Assembly: GCA_946623125.1 (NCBI GenBank)
Contig: CAMOQR010000001.1
Location: 2,178 to 66,177, forward strand
Direction: 5' to 3'
Source of the DNA: an uncultured Bacillales bacterium
GTDB lineage: Bacteria; Bacillota_I; Bacilli_A; RF39; UBA660
DNA length: 64,000 bases
Below, one piece after another: positions 1-10,033 of the stretch. Below the pieces are notes generated by a model that was not told the origin of the DNA, did no database searches, and saw nothing but the letters and a program-made list of their open reading frames with translations. Both the position numbers and the translations under genes were made by a program. Position 1 is the stretch's first letter. The number at the start of each line of letters is the position of its first letter.

Positions 1-105
1 ACTCATATTATGAAAATAATAATCTTCAAAATATTGTTTTTGTTTATCTGTAAGTAATTCTCCATACAAATCATATAGCTCATTATAATAAATAATATCT
101 TCCAT
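1..105 (-). CDS. YlxM/UPF0122-family small HTH protein (signal-recognition-particle operon), N-terminal part only, cut by window edge
   Basis: Minus-strand ATG at 103-105 sits 2 nt after the ftsY stop. Translation MEDIIYYNELYDLYGELLTDKQKQYFEDYYFHNMS resembles the YlxM N-terminus. YlxM lies between ftsY and ffh in Bacilli. Confidence 0.45.
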   Translation of the reverse strand, partial: MEDIIYYNELYDLYGELLTDKQKQYFEDYYFHNMS

Positions 106-107
106 TT

Positions 108-1364
108 CTACATCATATCCTTAAATAATCCATATATATATTTTTCAATATCGAATACTTGTAAATCATCTTTTGTCTCACCTAATCCAATATACTTAAC
201 AGGAAGACCAACTTCTTCTTTTATAGCAAGAACAATTCCTCCTTTAGCAGTACCATCTAATTTAGTAAGAACAATTCCAGTGATATTTGTAATTTCCTTA
301 AATGCTTTAGCCTGACTTACACCATTCTGTCCTGTAGTTGCATCAATCACAAGTAAAGTTTCACTTGCTCCACCATCAACCAATCCATCAATAACTTTAT
401 TAATTTTTTCAAGTTCTTTCATTAAATTAACTTTATTTTGTAATCGACCTGCAGTATCTACTAAAACAACATCATAAGATTCTTTTTTAGCAAGCTCAAT
501 TCCATCATAAACAACACTTGCAGGATCACTTTCTTCTTTACCATAAAAGCCTACATCTACTTTTTGACTCCATTCTTTCAACTGTTCCACAGCCCCAGCA
601 CGGAAAGTATCTGCACCAACAAGTAAAACTTTTTTTCCTTCATCATGAAACTTATGAGCAAGTTTTCCTATTGTAGTAGTTTTTCCAACACCATTAACTC
701 CAACAAATAAAATAACAGTAGGTCCATCCTCACGAAATTCAATTTTATTACTTAAAACTTCATCATTAACATATATAATAAATAATTCATCCACAATAAT
801 TTCTTTCAATAAAGCAGGATCAGAAATATGTTCCTTTTGAACACGGTCTCTTAAACGATCCATAAAATCCATGACAGTATTAACACCAATATCCGCCATA
901 ATTAATATTTCTTCTAATTCATCAAAATACTCATCCGTTATTTTAGAATACTTATTAGTAAGATTAGCAAGACGAGACACAAATCCCTGACGAGATTTGC
1001 TAAGTCCCTTTTCATAAACTTTTACAGATTTTTTTTCTTCTTCCTTCTTATCCTTTTTCTTAAAGAAAAATCCTTTTTTTTCATTATCTAAAGAATCTAC
1101 TTTTTTAGAATCAGAAGATACAATGATATTCTTTTCTTCTGTAGTATCATTCTCATTTGAAGAATCTATTTGTTCATCAACTACATCTAACCTATCTTCA
1201 GTTTCTTGATCAGAATCATTTACTAAAGGATCTATATCAGATTCATCAAGAGAATTAGTTTGATTTAAATTCTTTTCCTCTGCATCTGATTTAAACATAT
1301 TTTTAATTTTTTGAAATAAACCCATATTATCACCCAGAATCATTATATCATACGAAATAATCAA
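108..1364 (-). CDS. ftsY: Signal recognition particle receptor FtsY
   Basis: C-terminal SRP54-type GTPase ([30 protein letters not shown]). The acidic N-terminal domain is typical of Firmicute FtsY. The track start is a TTG; the ATG at 1323-1325 (MGLFQKIK) is the likelier start. Confidence 0.9.
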   Translation of the reverse strand: MIISYDIMILGDNMGLFQKIKNMFKSDAEEKNLNQTNSLDESDIDPLVNDSDQETEDRLDVVDEQIDSSNENDTTEEKNIIVSSDSKKVDSLDNEKKGFFFKKKDKKEEEKKSVKVYEKGLSKSRQGFVSRLANLTNKYSKITDEYFDELEEILIMADIGVNTVMDFMDRLRDRVQKEHISDPALLKEIIVDELFIIYVNDEVLSNKIEFREDGPTVILFVGVNGVGKTTTIGKLAHKFHDEGKKVLLVGADTFRAGAVEQLKEWSQKVDVGFYGKEESDPASVVYDGIELAKKESYDVVLVDTAGRLQNKVNLMKELEKINKVIDGLVDGGASETLLVIDATTGQNGVSQAKAFKEITNITGIVLTKLDGTAKGGIVLAIKEEVGLPVKYIGLGETKDDLQVFDIEKYIYGLFKDMM

Positions 1365-1398
1365 AAAAAAGTGTTTACAAAATAGAAAACATTTAGAA

Positions 1399-1427
1399 TA
1401 GACAAAAATAAAAAATTATATTATAAT
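1399..1427 (+). promoter_or_regulatory. Putative sigma-A promoter for rnj (TAGACA-17-TATAAT)
   Basis: Hexamers read from the sequence with a 17-nt spacer, about 45 nt upstream of the rnj RBS AAAGGAG. Confidence 0.4.
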
Positions 1428-1471
1428 GATATAGTTAGTTCTTTATAAACTTATAAACGAAAGGAGAAATT

Positions 1472-3169
1472 ATGAAAAATAAAAAAACCAATGGAACAAA
1501 AATAATTGTTCTAGGTGGTTTAGGAGAAGTCGGAAAAAATATGTATTGTGTAATGCATAACGACGCAATTGTTATTATCGATGCCGGAGTAAGTTTTCCA
1601 GAAAGTGAATTAATGGGTGTAGATTACGTATTGCCTGACTTTACTTTCTTAAAAGAAAATGAAGACAAAATTCAAGCGTTATTAATAACGCATGGACATG
1701 AAGATCATATTGGTGGAATACCATTCTTATTACAAAGTATAAAAATACCAGCAATATATGCACCAAATCACGCAAAAGAATTAATTGCAGTAAAATTACA
1801 AGATAGAAATATTCGTTATGACAATCTATTTGTATATACCGATAAAACTAAACTAAAATTTAAAGAAATAGAAGTAGAATTTTTTAGAATTACCCACTCT
1901 ATACCAGATTCTCATGGAATAAGTCTAAATACACCTGATGGTAGAATCGTCACAACAGGAGATTATAAATTTGACCTAACACCAATTGGACCAATGGCAG
2001 ATTTATATAAAATGGCATCTCTTGGAGAAAAAGGAGTAGATGTTTTAATTGGAGATTCTACAAATGCATTAAACGAAGGATTTTCTAACAGTGAATCCGT
2101 AGTAGATGAAACACTAGGAGAAATGTTTGATGAATGGAAAAATTCAAGAATTATCATCGCAACATTTGCATCAAACATATATCGTGTAAAACATATTTTT
2201 GAAACCTGTTATAAACATAATAGAAAGATATGTATCTTTGGTAGAAGTATGGAGAATAATATCAATATCTCTTTAAATGGAGGATATATTGATCATAAAG
2301 AACTATTAATTACTCCAGAAGAAGCAAACCAATTAAAACCAAATGAAGTAGCAATTCTTTGTACTGGTACACAAGGAGAACCACTTGCTGCCCTATCAAG
2401 AATAGCAAATGGTACTCACAAACAAATTAAACTAAGACCAGACGATGTTGTAATATTTTCATCATCTGCAATTCCAGGAAATGCACTAAGCATTTCAAAA
2501 ACAATTAATAAACTATATTTAAAAGGTGTTAAAGTATATACTAATAGTATATTAGAAGAATTACATACATCAGGACATGCAAATGAAGAAGAAATTAAAT
2601 TAATGATTCGTCTAATTAAACCAAAATATTTAATGCCATTCCACGGAGACTACAGAATGCTAAAGAAACAAGCAAATATTGGAATAAACTGTGGAATCCC
2701 AAAAGAGAATACATTTATCTTAAAAAATGGAGATACATTAGAATTAAATAATCATGTATTAACAAGAGGAGATTCTAAACCAGGTGCTGATATCTATGTA
2801 GATGGAAATAGAATTGGCGAAATTGGTGGAGCCGTAATTAAAGATAGAAAAATAATGGCAAATGATGGAATACTTGTAGTTATTATTAATGTAGATATGA
2901 AAAAAAGAGAATTATTAATAAAACCAAATATTACAACAAGAGGATTTATTTTGGTAAATGAAAATGAAGAATTAATTCATAAAATTGAAAATAAATCAGA
3001 ACAAATTATTACAACTACATTGAAAAATCCAAAATCAACCTTTGCAACATTAAAAAATGATATTACAGAAGCACTATATCCATATATCTATAATCTAACC
3101 GGTAGAAAACCAATTATTTTACCTGTAATATTAGATATAAAAAGAAACAATAAACAGACAACAAATTAG
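1472..3169 (+). CDS. rnj: Ribonuclease J (beta-CASP metallo-beta-lactamase RNase)
   Basis: HGHEDH motif, beta-CASP region, about 560 aa; RBS AAAGGAG. Confidence 0.9.
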   Translation: MKNKKTNGTKIIVLGGLGEVGKNMYCVMHNDAIVIIDAGVSFPESELMGVDYVLPDFTFLKENEDKIQALLITHGHEDHIGGIPFLLQSIKIPAIYAPNHAKELIAVKLQDRNIRYDNLFVYTDKTKLKFKEIEVEFFRITHSIPDSHGISLNTPDGRIVTTGDYKFDLTPIGPMADLYKMASLGEKGVDVLIGDSTNALNEGFSNSESVVDETLGEMFDEWKNSRIIIATFASNIYRVKHIFETCYKHNRKICIFGRSMENNINISLNGGYIDHKELLITPEEANQLKPNEVAILCTGTQGEPLAALSRIANGTHKQIKLRPDDVVIFSSSAIPGNALSISKTINKLYLKGVKVYTNSILEELHTSGHANEEEIKLMIRLIKPKYLMPFHGDYRMLKKQANIGINCGIPKENTFILKNGDTLELNNHVLTRGDSKPGADIYVDGNRIGEIGGAVIKDRKIMANDGILVVIINVDMKKRELLIKPNITTRGFILVNENEELIHKIENKSEQIITTTLKNPKSTFATLKNDITEALYPYIYNLTGRKPIILPVILDIKRNNKQTTN

Positions 3170-3178
3170 TTGTCTGTT

Positions 3179-3526
3179 TTATATTCTTGAATAATAATCA
3201 TTCATAATAAGAGAATAAGTCTCTTGATAATCACAATGAAAAAGAAGACTCAAGAAAAAATAAAAATAACGCTCTTTTATATTTGGTAAAAGTAATAATA
3301 ATTGATATTGCTCCCAAGTAATATAATTTAATTTCTCATAAAAAATAGGAAAATTGATATAAAACTTTTTCATAAAATACATATTTCTACGAGAAAACAT
3401 AGAACTATTCCCATAACGATAAGAATAATATTTAGAATATTTCTGAATAATATTTGGATAATTAGTTTGATTTTCATAAATTGATTTTCCTATTTTCCAA
3501 AAAAAATATAATTTTGATTGATTCAA
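3179..3526 (-). CDS. DUF1016 (YhcG-like) N-terminal-domain protein, possibly a truncated remnant
   Basis: FFWKIGKSI...FYINFPIFYEKLNYITWEQYQLLL matches the conserved N-terminal region of YhcG/DUF1016 PDDEXK-nuclease-family proteins. At 115 aa there is no room for the nuclease domain. Confidence 0.4.
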   Translation of the reverse strand: MNQSKLYFFWKIGKSIYENQTNYPNIIQKYSKYYSYRYGNSSMFSRRNMYFMKKFYINFPIFYEKLNYITWEQYQLLLLLPNIKERYFYFFLSLLFHCDYQETYSLIMNDYYSRI

Positions 3527-3571
3527 GAAATCACCTCCTAACGTATTATTCGAAAAAACAAAAAAGAAGCA

Positions 3572-5137
3572 TTATTTTGCTTCTTCCATAGCTCTCGTTT
3601 CACGAATAACTGTAATTTTTATTGTTCCAGGATACTTTAAATTAGACTCAATCTTTTCTTTTACTTCTCTTGCTATTCTATGAGCCTCTAAATCATCGAC
3701 TTCTTCAGGTTTGACAACTACACGTAACTCACGTCCAGCCTGAACAGCAAATGTCTTTTCAACACCCTTAATTTCATTACCTATCTCCTCTAATTGAGAT
3801 AATCTTTGAATATAATTTTCTAATGAATCATTTCTAGCACCTGGACGTGATGCAGATAACGCATCAGCAATAGCAACAATACTAGATATAACACTTGTTG
3901 CAGGAACATCACCATGATGGGATGCAATTGCATTAATGACAACATCACTCTCATGATATTTTTTAGCAATATCAACACCAATATCAACATGACTTCCTTC
4001 AATTTCATGATCAATAGCCTTACCAATATCATGTAACAATCCAGCACGTTTAGCAACCGTCACATTTTCTCCTAATTCACCAGCCAAAATACCAGATAAC
4101 TCAGCAACTTCTTTTGAATGTTGCAAAGCATTTTGACCATAACTAGTACGGAAATGCAATTTTCCAATAATCTCAATTAATTCAGGAGCAAATTTTGTTA
4201 ATCCTAATTCAAATGTAGCATCTTGTCCCATTTGAATTGTTTTTTGTTTCATATCCTTACAAACTTTATCATATAACTCTTCAATACGAGTAGGATGAAT
4301 TCTTCCATCTTTAATTAAACTTTCCAAAGTAACTCTTGCAATTTCACGACGTAACGGATCAAAACTAGAAAGAACTACAGCCTCAGGAGTATCATCAATA
4401 ATTAAATCCACACCCGTAATAGCCTCTATCGTACGAATATTACGACCTTCTCTTCCAATGATTCTACCTTTCATTTCATCATTAGGTAAATCAACAACCG
4501 TCACAGTTTGATCACTTGCAATATCAGCAGCATATTTTTGCATAGAAGTAACAATCAGTTCGCGTGCTTTTTTATCAGCCTCAAGCTTAGCCTCATTTTC
4601 ACGCTCACGAATATACTCAGATATTTCTTTAGTCATGTTTTCTTTAACCATACTCATGACTTTTTCACGGGCTTTATCCTTACTAAACCCTGAAATCTTT
4701 TCCAGTAAATCAAGTTGTTCCTTTTTTATTTCCTCCACTTTACTTCTTTCTACTTGGATTTCTTCCTGCTTTTCAGATAATTTACTATCACGTTCATCTA
4801 GAGCAAGTTCACGTTTTTGAAACATTTCTTCTCTTTTATCAATACTAGATTCACGCTGTAATAACCTATTTTCACTTTCCTTTAATTCATTCTTCTTTTC
4901 ACGAATTTCTTTATCTAAATCCATTTTTGCCTTATGAGCCTCTTCTTTTTGCTCAAGTGCATAATCTCTTTTTAATTTTTCAATATCCTTTTTAGCTTGT
5001 TCAATTAATTTATCAGCCTTTTTATTTGCTAAATTTCCACTCAATAAATTAATTAAAAAAGATATTCCAAAACCTATAATTAAGCCAATAATAACAAGTA
5101 AAATGGAGATTCCTGTTTTTCCCATAAAATCCTCCAT
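3572..5137 (-). CDS. rny: Ribonuclease Y (N-terminal TM, KH and HD domains)
   Basis: Near-collinear with B. subtilis Rny: [18 protein letters not shown] (KH), HD-domain HDIGKA motif, and an N-terminal TM helix. The exact start is uncertain (MEDFM or MGKTG). Confidence 0.9.
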   Translation of the reverse strand: MEDFMGKTGISILLVIIGLIIGFGISFLINLLSGNLANKKADKLIEQAKKDIEKLKRDYALEQKEEAHKAKMDLDKEIREKKNELKESENRLLQRESSIDKREEMFQKRELALDERDSKLSEKQEEIQVERSKVEEIKKEQLDLLEKISGFSKDKAREKVMSMVKENMTKEISEYIRERENEAKLEADKKARELIVTSMQKYAADIASDQTVTVVDLPNDEMKGRIIGREGRNIRTIEAITGVDLIIDDTPEAVVLSSFDPLRREIARVTLESLIKDGRIHPTRIEELYDKVCKDMKQKTIQMGQDATFELGLTKFAPELIEIIGKLHFRTSYGQNALQHSKEVAELSGILAGELGENVTVAKRAGLLHDIGKAIDHEIEGSHVDIGVDIAKKYHESDVVINAIASHHGDVPATSVISSIVAIADALSASRPGARNDSLENYIQRLSQLEEIGNEIKGVEKTFAVQAGRELRVVVKPEEVDDLEAHRIAREVKEKIESNLKYPGTIKITVIRETRAMEEAK

Positions 5138-5168
5138 CTAGACTAGAAAACACCTCTAATCTAATTCT

Positions 5169-5197
5169 ATTGTAATTTTATTTTAAAGCGATGTCAA
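5169..5197 (-). promoter_or_regulatory. Putative sigma-A promoter for rny (TTGACA-17-TACAAT, minus strand)
   Basis: The reverse complement of 5192-5197 is TTGACA; a 17-nt spacer follows; the reverse complement of 5169-5174 is TACAAT. Confidence 0.45.
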
Positions 5198-5218
5198 GAA
5201 AAACAAAAATAGCCAAAT

Positions 5219-6607
5219 TTATTCAGATTTAAAATAATTACGCACAACATCATAATCACAATAATGAATTTTTTTATCTTTAATAGCCATATAATTATCT
5301 CTTCCTTTTCCTAAAATCAAAACTACACTATCATCCCTCGCAATATTCAAAGCATAGATTATTGCATCTTCGCGATCAATAATCCGATAATAATTAGCAT
5401 GATCTCCAACCATTTCATCAATAATTTTATCAACACTTTCAAATCTAGGGTCATCCATTGTAAAAATGGAAACATCTGCATACTTCATAATCATATCACC
5501 TATAATAGGTCTCTTAGAAATATCCCTTCCTCCAGCACATCCAGTAACTACAATAATATGTTTATAATTTTGAACAGATTCTAAAATAGATTGAATTCCA
5601 TTAATGGTATGAGCATAATCTAAAATAATATCATATTTTTGCCCAAAATCTAAAAATTCAGTTCTACCTTTTATAGGTCTAAGATCACGTATTCTTTGAA
5701 GTAGCAATGATTCATCTACTCCATATAATTGTGCAATAATAAATGCCATAACTACATTATAAACATTATATTTACCAATAAAAGGAGAATGAATAGAAAT
5801 ATAATGATCATAATGTTTTAAAGTTATTTTTGTTGAACGATTATAATATTTTGTTGATAGAATTTGATATTCATTATGGTCCTGAAATCCAAAAGAAATC
5901 AAATTTTGACAATGAAATGTCTTTAAAATGGAATCATCTCCATTTATTAGAACATAACCATCTTCTGCAACATAAGACAATAATTTCTTTTTACATTCTA
6001 CATACTGATCAAACGTTTTATGAATATTTAGATGATCACCTGTTATATTAGTAAAACCAACAATATCAAAAGATAAACCAGATATTCGATTATGAAGAAT
6101 TGCTTCACTAGATACTTCCATACATAAAGGATTAGAATGATTTTTTTGTACAAAAGAAAAACAAGAATACAATTCATCCATACAGGGAGTAGTATTTGAA
6201 GTTGAAATTTTTTTATCACCAACCTCTAAACCATTGGTTCCCAAATAACTAGCGTTATCTAGTAAACATTTCAAAATGGAAGATGTGGTTGTTTTCCCAT
6301 CTGTACCGGTAATACCGATTAAATGTAAACTTGAAACATCAACATCATAAAATTTTTGACACAAATCAACATATACTTTATTAATATTATAAACAACTAA
6401 ATGAGGAAAAGAAAAAGGTAATTCACGATCACAAATAATAAATACAGCCCCACGAGCAATAGCATCACAGATATAATCATAATGATCTACATTAAAACCT
6501 TTCGTAGCAACAAACAAATAACCATCCTTTACATGTCGTGAATCATCTGTAACACCAGAAATCAAAATGTCACTATCATAGGATAAAAGTTCAGAAATTT
6601 TTTTCAT
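5219..6607 (-). CDS. murE: Mur ligase, MurE-type (UDP-MurNAc-L-Ala-D-Glu:diamino-acid ligase)
   Basis: GITGTDGKTTT P-loop, Mur-ligase N-terminal (DSRHVKDGYLF), central and C-terminal domains; RBS GGAGG. Confidence 0.75.
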   Translation of the reverse strand: MKKISELLSYDSDILISGVTDDSRHVKDGYLFVATKGFNVDHYDYICDAIARGAVFIICDRELPFSFPHLVVYNINKVYVDLCQKFYDVDVSSLHLIGITGTDGKTTTSSILKCLLDNASYLGTNGLEVGDKKISTSNTTPCMDELYSCFSFVQKNHSNPLCMEVSSEAILHNRISGLSFDIVGFTNITGDHLNIHKTFDQYVECKKKLLSYVAEDGYVLINGDDSILKTFHCQNLISFGFQDHNEYQILSTKYYNRSTKITLKHYDHYISIHSPFIGKYNVYNVVMAFIIAQLYGVDESLLLQRIRDLRPIKGRTEFLDFGQKYDIILDYAHTINGIQSILESVQNYKHIIVVTGCAGGRDISKRPIIGDMIMKYADVSIFTMDDPRFESVDKIIDEMVGDHANYYRIIDREDAIIYALNIARDDSVVLILGKGRDNYMAIKDKKIHYCDYDVVRNYFKSE

Positions 6608-6645
6608 ATAACCTCCAAAATATTATATGAAAAAGCAAAGAAAAA

Positions 6646-6669
6646 AGAAGAGATAATTATTTCTCTTCT
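6646..6669 (-). terminator. Rho-independent terminator after recA
   Basis: Hairpin AGAAGAGA-loop-TCTCTTCT overlapping the recA stop, followed by a T-run on the minus strand. Confidence 0.5.
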
Positions 6670-7703
6670 GTTTTCTTATCACCCTTATCCTTTGAATTAT
6701 TAATACTGATATCAAAAAAATCTCTAACCTTAGCCTCTAATTCAGAACACAACTCTGGATTTTCTTTTAAAAGTAGTTTTACATTTTCCTTACCCTGACC
6801 CAATTTTTCTCCATTATAAGAATACCAAGCACCAGTCTTTTCAACAACACCAGCCTCTACTGATAAATCAACAATTTCTCCCTCTCGAGATACCCCTTCA
6901 CCATACATAATATCAACAACACAAGTCTTAAATGGTGGAGCAACTTTATTTTTAACAACTTTTACAGTAGTCTTATTTCCAACAATTCCGTCTCCCATTT
7001 TTAATTGTTCACTTCTACGAATTTCTAATCGTACACTAGCATAAAACTTTAAGGCACGTCCACCAGTCGTAGTTTCAGGATTTCCAAACATAACCCCTAC
7101 TTTTTCTCTCAATTGATTAATAAAAATGACAGTTGTATTAGTTTTACTTATAGTACCATTCAACTTACGAAGTGCTTGAGACATTAATCTTGCTTGTAAT
7201 CCAACATGTGAATCTCCCATCTCTCCATCAATTTCTGCTTGTGGAACTAAAGCGGCAACAGAATCAATAACAATAATGCTAATTGCTTCACTACGAACTA
7301 AAGCATCACAAATTTCAAGAGCCTGTTCACCAGTATCAGGCTGTGATAAAAGTAACTCATCAATATTTACTCCCAATTTTTCTGCATATACAGGATCAAG
7401 AGCATGTTCCGCATCAATAAATGCAGCACGTCCTCCTAATTTTTGATGTTCCGCAATAGCCTGAAGTGCAAATGTAGTTTTACCACTTGACTCAGGACCA
7501 TATATTTCAATAATTCTACCTTTAGGATATCCACCAACACCCAAAGCAATATCTAAAGATAAAACTCCACTGGACACAACATCAACTTTCATATGTTTAT
7601 TATCACCAAGTTTCATAATAGAACCTTTTCCAAATTGTTTTTCAATATCATTTAATACTTGTTCTAAAGCCTTATCTTTAGATACATCTTTACTTACAGC
7701 CAT
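6657..7703 (-). CDS. recA: Recombinase RecA
   Basis: GPESSGKTT Walker A and full-length RecA similarity. Confidence 0.95.
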   Translation of the reverse strand: MAVSKDVSKDKALEQVLNDIEKQFGKGSIMKLGDNKHMKVDVVSSGVLSLDIALGVGGYPKGRIIEIYGPESSGKTTFALQAIAEHQKLGGRAAFIDAEHALDPVYAEKLGVNIDELLLSQPDTGEQALEICDALVRSEAISIIVIDSVAALVPQAEIDGEMGDSHVGLQARLMSQALRKLNGTISKTNTTVIFINQLREKVGVMFGNPETTTGGRALKFYASVRLEIRRSEQLKMGDGIVGNKTTVKVVKNKVAPPFKTCVVDIMYGEGVSREGEIVDLSVEAGVVEKTGAWYSYNGEKLGQGKENVKLLLKENPELCSELEAKVRDFFDISINNSKDKGDKKTEEK

Positions 7704-7736
7704 TTTAATACCTCCTCGTAAATAACTTACAAATTC

Positions 7737-7787
7737 ATTGTATAATATCTTTTTTTAAAATGCAATACTTTTTCGAACATTTGTTTT
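7737..7787 (-). promoter_or_regulatory. recA promoter (TTGCAT-17-TACAAT) with an upstream Cheo/LexA-like box
   Basis: The reverse complement of 7760-7765 is TTGCAT and of 7737-7742 is TACAAT. At 7774-7787, CGAACATTTGTTTT matches about 11 of 14 positions of CGAACATATGTTCG. Confidence 0.35.
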
Positions 7788-7823
7788 GCTATTTTCAAAA
7801 ATAAAAAGATAACAAAAATAAAA

Positions 7824-7857
7824 AATGCTTATCATAAAAAGCATTTTTTAATAACAA
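7824..7857. terminator. Bidirectional hairpin terminator downstream of pgsA
   Basis: AAAAATGCTT-loop-AAGCATTTTT with flanking T-runs. Confidence 0.5.
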
Positions 7858-7870
7858 AATAAATGAAATA

Positions 7871-8479
7871 TTAATTTTCTCGTGGGAAAATAAGTTCTTT
7901 ATTAATACGATAATATTCAAAAGCACTTACAATAGATAAAATGCATGCAAGATATAATAACCCCAAATCTACACGAATATTTATAAATTCAAATGGAATA
8001 TTATAAAAGAATACAAAACATAATCCAACCATCATACATGCTGTTTTATACTTTCCAGATTTGATAGCGCCTTGTACTTTTCCGCGTGTTGCAGCCTGCA
8101 TTTTAATAGCATCAACTACAATATCACGAGTAACATAAATAACAGGAACAATAACAGGAATAGAACCATTAGCAGCCAAGACAATCAAAATAGGATTAAC
8201 TAATACTTTATCAGCAATAGCATCTAACATCTTTCCTAAATCTGTAACCTGATTATTTTTTCGTGCTAAATATCCATCTAAAAAATCCGTTAGACTAGCA
8301 ATAATAAACAAAACACCAGCAAGTATTTGATTTAAATAAATTGGTCCAACACCAGAAAAATCATATCTTGGAAAATTAAATCCAAAATAAGAAAATGGAA
8401 CACATAACAATAAAACGATAAATACAGTAAGAATTAATCTAGAAACTGTAATCTTTGTAGGTAAATTCATAGAATACAC
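7871..8479 (-). CDS. pgsA: CDP-diacylglycerol--glycerol-3-phosphate 3-phosphatidyltransferase
   Basis: CDP-alcohol phosphatidyltransferase motif (DxxDGxxAR...G...DxxxD). The track start is GTG. The ATG at 8468-8470 (MNLPTK), with AGAGGAG 8 nt upstream, is the likelier start. Confidence 0.85.
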   Translation of the reverse strand: MYSMNLPTKITVSRLILTVFIVLLLCVPFSYFGFNFPRYDFSGVGPIYLNQILAGVLFIIASLTDFLDGYLARKNNQVTDLGKMLDAIADKVLVNPILIVLAANGSIPVIVPVIYVTRDIVVDAIKMQAATRGKVQGAIKSGKYKTACMMVGLCFVFFYNIPFEFINIRVDLGLLYLACILSIVSAFEYYRINKELIFPREN

Positions 8480-8994
8480 TCCTCTTTTATATAAACTTTT
8501 AATTCATCAGTTCTCTTAGGAACTTTATTCACATTACTAAGAATAACATACACAACTAAGGATAAAAGAAAAATCCCAATAACAATATAGATAAAAGGCC
8601 AAATACTAACTTTTTCTTTATATTCCATAGTATAAGGAGATTTAACTCTTTTTTCTTCCAGCAATTCTTCCTTCTTCTTTTGAGCATTACGAATATCCTC
8701 TAAAGAAATCTTTGAAGTATGTTGAAATAAAAAACCATTAAATTCATCGACAATTCGATCAGAATCAAGTCCTAAATATTTTGCATACATTTTAATAGAA
8801 TCTTTAAGCTCATAAACATCTTTAAATGCTTTAACATTTCCACTCTCAATATTTTCAAGTTGAGAAGTTGAAAAATTTAAATCTTCACAAGCCTCAGTTA
8901 AACTAACACCATTACTAATCCGGACTCTTTTTAAATAATCACCTAATTCTTTCATACAGTACCTCATTATCAACAATAAATATAAATAAGCCAT
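8467..8994 (-). CDS. rodZ: RodZ-like cytoskeleton protein (XRE HTH plus TM)
   Basis: HTH LGDYLKRVRISNGVSLTEA followed by a TM helix, in the position of B. subtilis ymfM/rodZ upstream of pgsA. The likely true start is the ATG at 8953-8955 (MKELGDY, RBS GAGGT), because the longer track ORF overlaps rnpB. Confidence 0.6.
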   Translation of the reverse strand: MAYLYLLLIMRYCMKELGDYLKRVRISNGVSLTEACEDLNFSTSQLENIESGNVKAFKDVYELKDSIKMYAKYLGLDSDRIVDEFNGFLFQHTSKISLEDIRNAQKKKEELLEEKRVKSPYTMEYKEKVSIWPFIYIVIGIFLLSLVVYVILSNVNKVPKRTDELKVYIKEECIL

Positions 8995-9315
8995 GTTCTG
9001 TACCTGTTACCAGGCGACAAACATTTATCTACCGATACTCGGTCCTTAACTCCATTCATTTTTTTCGTTAAGACTCCCCTACCAAATTTGGGTTTCTCGC
9101 TCGCGGGGTTTACCACGTTTCACATCTTTATTTCTAAAGATATCGTCACTGCGGCACTTTACAGGCTATTTCATATCCGAAGACTTAGAACATCACCCGC
9201 CGTTAGTATAAACTACCCTAGGTTATGACTTCCCTAGGCACGATCACTACAATCATCTCAGACTGTGCGAGCATGGACTTTCCTCAAGAGTTTCAAGAAC
9301 TCCAGCGTTTGTCTA
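8985..9315 (-). ncRNA. rnpB: RNase P RNA, bacterial type B
   Basis: The minus strand contains GAGGAAAGUCCAUGCUCGCACAG, CGCGGUAAACCCCGCGAGCGAGAAACCCAAAUUUGGUAGGGGA and ACAGAACAUGGCUUA, near-identical to B. subtilis RNase P RNA core elements. It is a local GC-rich island directly downstream of gpsB, as in B. subtilis. Confidence 0.85.
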
Positions 9316-9320
9316 TATAT

Positions 9321-9680
9321 TTAGTTGTTTTCTTCTTTATTATCCTCTGTATTATTCTTAGCATTATAAACCATTTTTTCTAATTGTGATAATCTACGCA
9401 TAATATCAACATTTGTAACTTCTCCTCTTGCAGTATTACTTGATGCAACCTCCACACTAAGTTTTGAGTTACGTAATTCTTGTTTAAGATTCATGATTTC
9501 TGCTAATAAATCTGCTTTTTCTTTTTCAAGATTACTAATAATCTCAAGAAATTGTTCATAATCACCAATAACAATATCTAAGAATTGATCAACTTCCTTT
9601 AAACGATATCCTCTAGTATCAATTTTAAATTCTTTTTCAAGGATATCTTGAGGCATTAAAGTAATTTTATTCTGATACAT
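9321..9680 (-). CDS. gpsB: Cell-cycle protein GpsB (DivIVA-domain)
   Basis: ILEKEFKIDTRGYRLKEVDQFLD is the DivIVA/GpsB N-domain, followed by a coiled coil; about 115 aa. Synteny gpsB-rnpB with divergent recU-ponA. Confidence 0.8.
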   Translation of the reverse strand: MYQNKITLMPQDILEKEFKIDTRGYRLKEVDQFLDIVIGDYEQFLEIISNLEKEKADLLAEIMNLKQELRNSKLSVEVASSNTARGEVTNVDIMRRLSQLEKMVYNAKNNTEDNKEENN

Positions 9681-9705
9681 GTAATCACCAATCCCTTACA
9701 TTAAT

Positions 9706-9734
9706 ATTATGTCATTATTGGTTAGTTTTGTCAA
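9706..9734 (-). promoter_or_regulatory. Putative sigma-A promoter for gpsB (TTGACA-17-CATAAT)
   Basis: The reverse complement of 9729-9734 is TTGACA and of 9706-9711 is CATAAT, with a 17-nt spacer. Confidence 0.45.
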
Positions 9735-10033
9735 TTGATAACCCACTCTTTAAGCGAGTTACCTCTAAGTTTATCATAACAAACCTAGTATTATCAATCA
9801 TTTTGTTTAAAATCATATTAATTTCTAAATAATTCATTTCATCACCAAAAATATCTTAAATCATTTTTTTAGAAAAATCACAAAAGCGACAAAAGAAGAA
9901 AATAAGAATTAAAAAAATATATAAAAAGACAAGAAATGTCAAATCATTTATAAATAAAAAGAATCATAGAAAAGCATGAAAATTTTATGGAAAAAAGAAG
10001 AAGAATATAGTATAATGAAAAATAGGTGATGAA

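Noticed and set aside
1963-2178. Short antisense ORFs inside well-supported genes. Examples are 1963-2178, 3820-4056, 4508-4693, 4635-4820, 5399-5584, 5830-6051, 11390-11656, 11575-11871, 12091-12306, 12832-13032, 12994-13422, 13951-14220, 14705-14929, 17309-17575, 19140-19340, 19434-19772, 20184-20426, 22376-22579, 22954-23139, 23066-23329, 23823-24008, 26915-27112, 32647-32838, 35842-36027, 38708-38947, 38979-39182, 39394-39588, 39695-39940, 39822-40118, 41876-42088, 41980-42168, 43101-43304, 45222-45425, 46053-46259, 47134-47364, 47465-47887, 48028-48210, 49598-49843, 51011-51244, 52257-52448, 55050-55313, 56841-57056, 57095-57331, 58036-58224, 60377-60628, 60721-60909, 61381-61596, 62483-62710 and 62557-62760.
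   Set aside because: They are shadow ORFs on the opposite strand or in an alternate frame of strongly supported genes. Their products are low-complexity (L/I/F/N-rich), they have no RBS, and none has recognisable similarity. This is the expected by-product of AT-rich coding sequence.
8985-9315. A GC-rich non-coding island between rodZ and gpsB, considered as an IS remnant or ICE att site.
   Set aside because: It contains the universal RNase P RNA core sequences, so it is rnpB.
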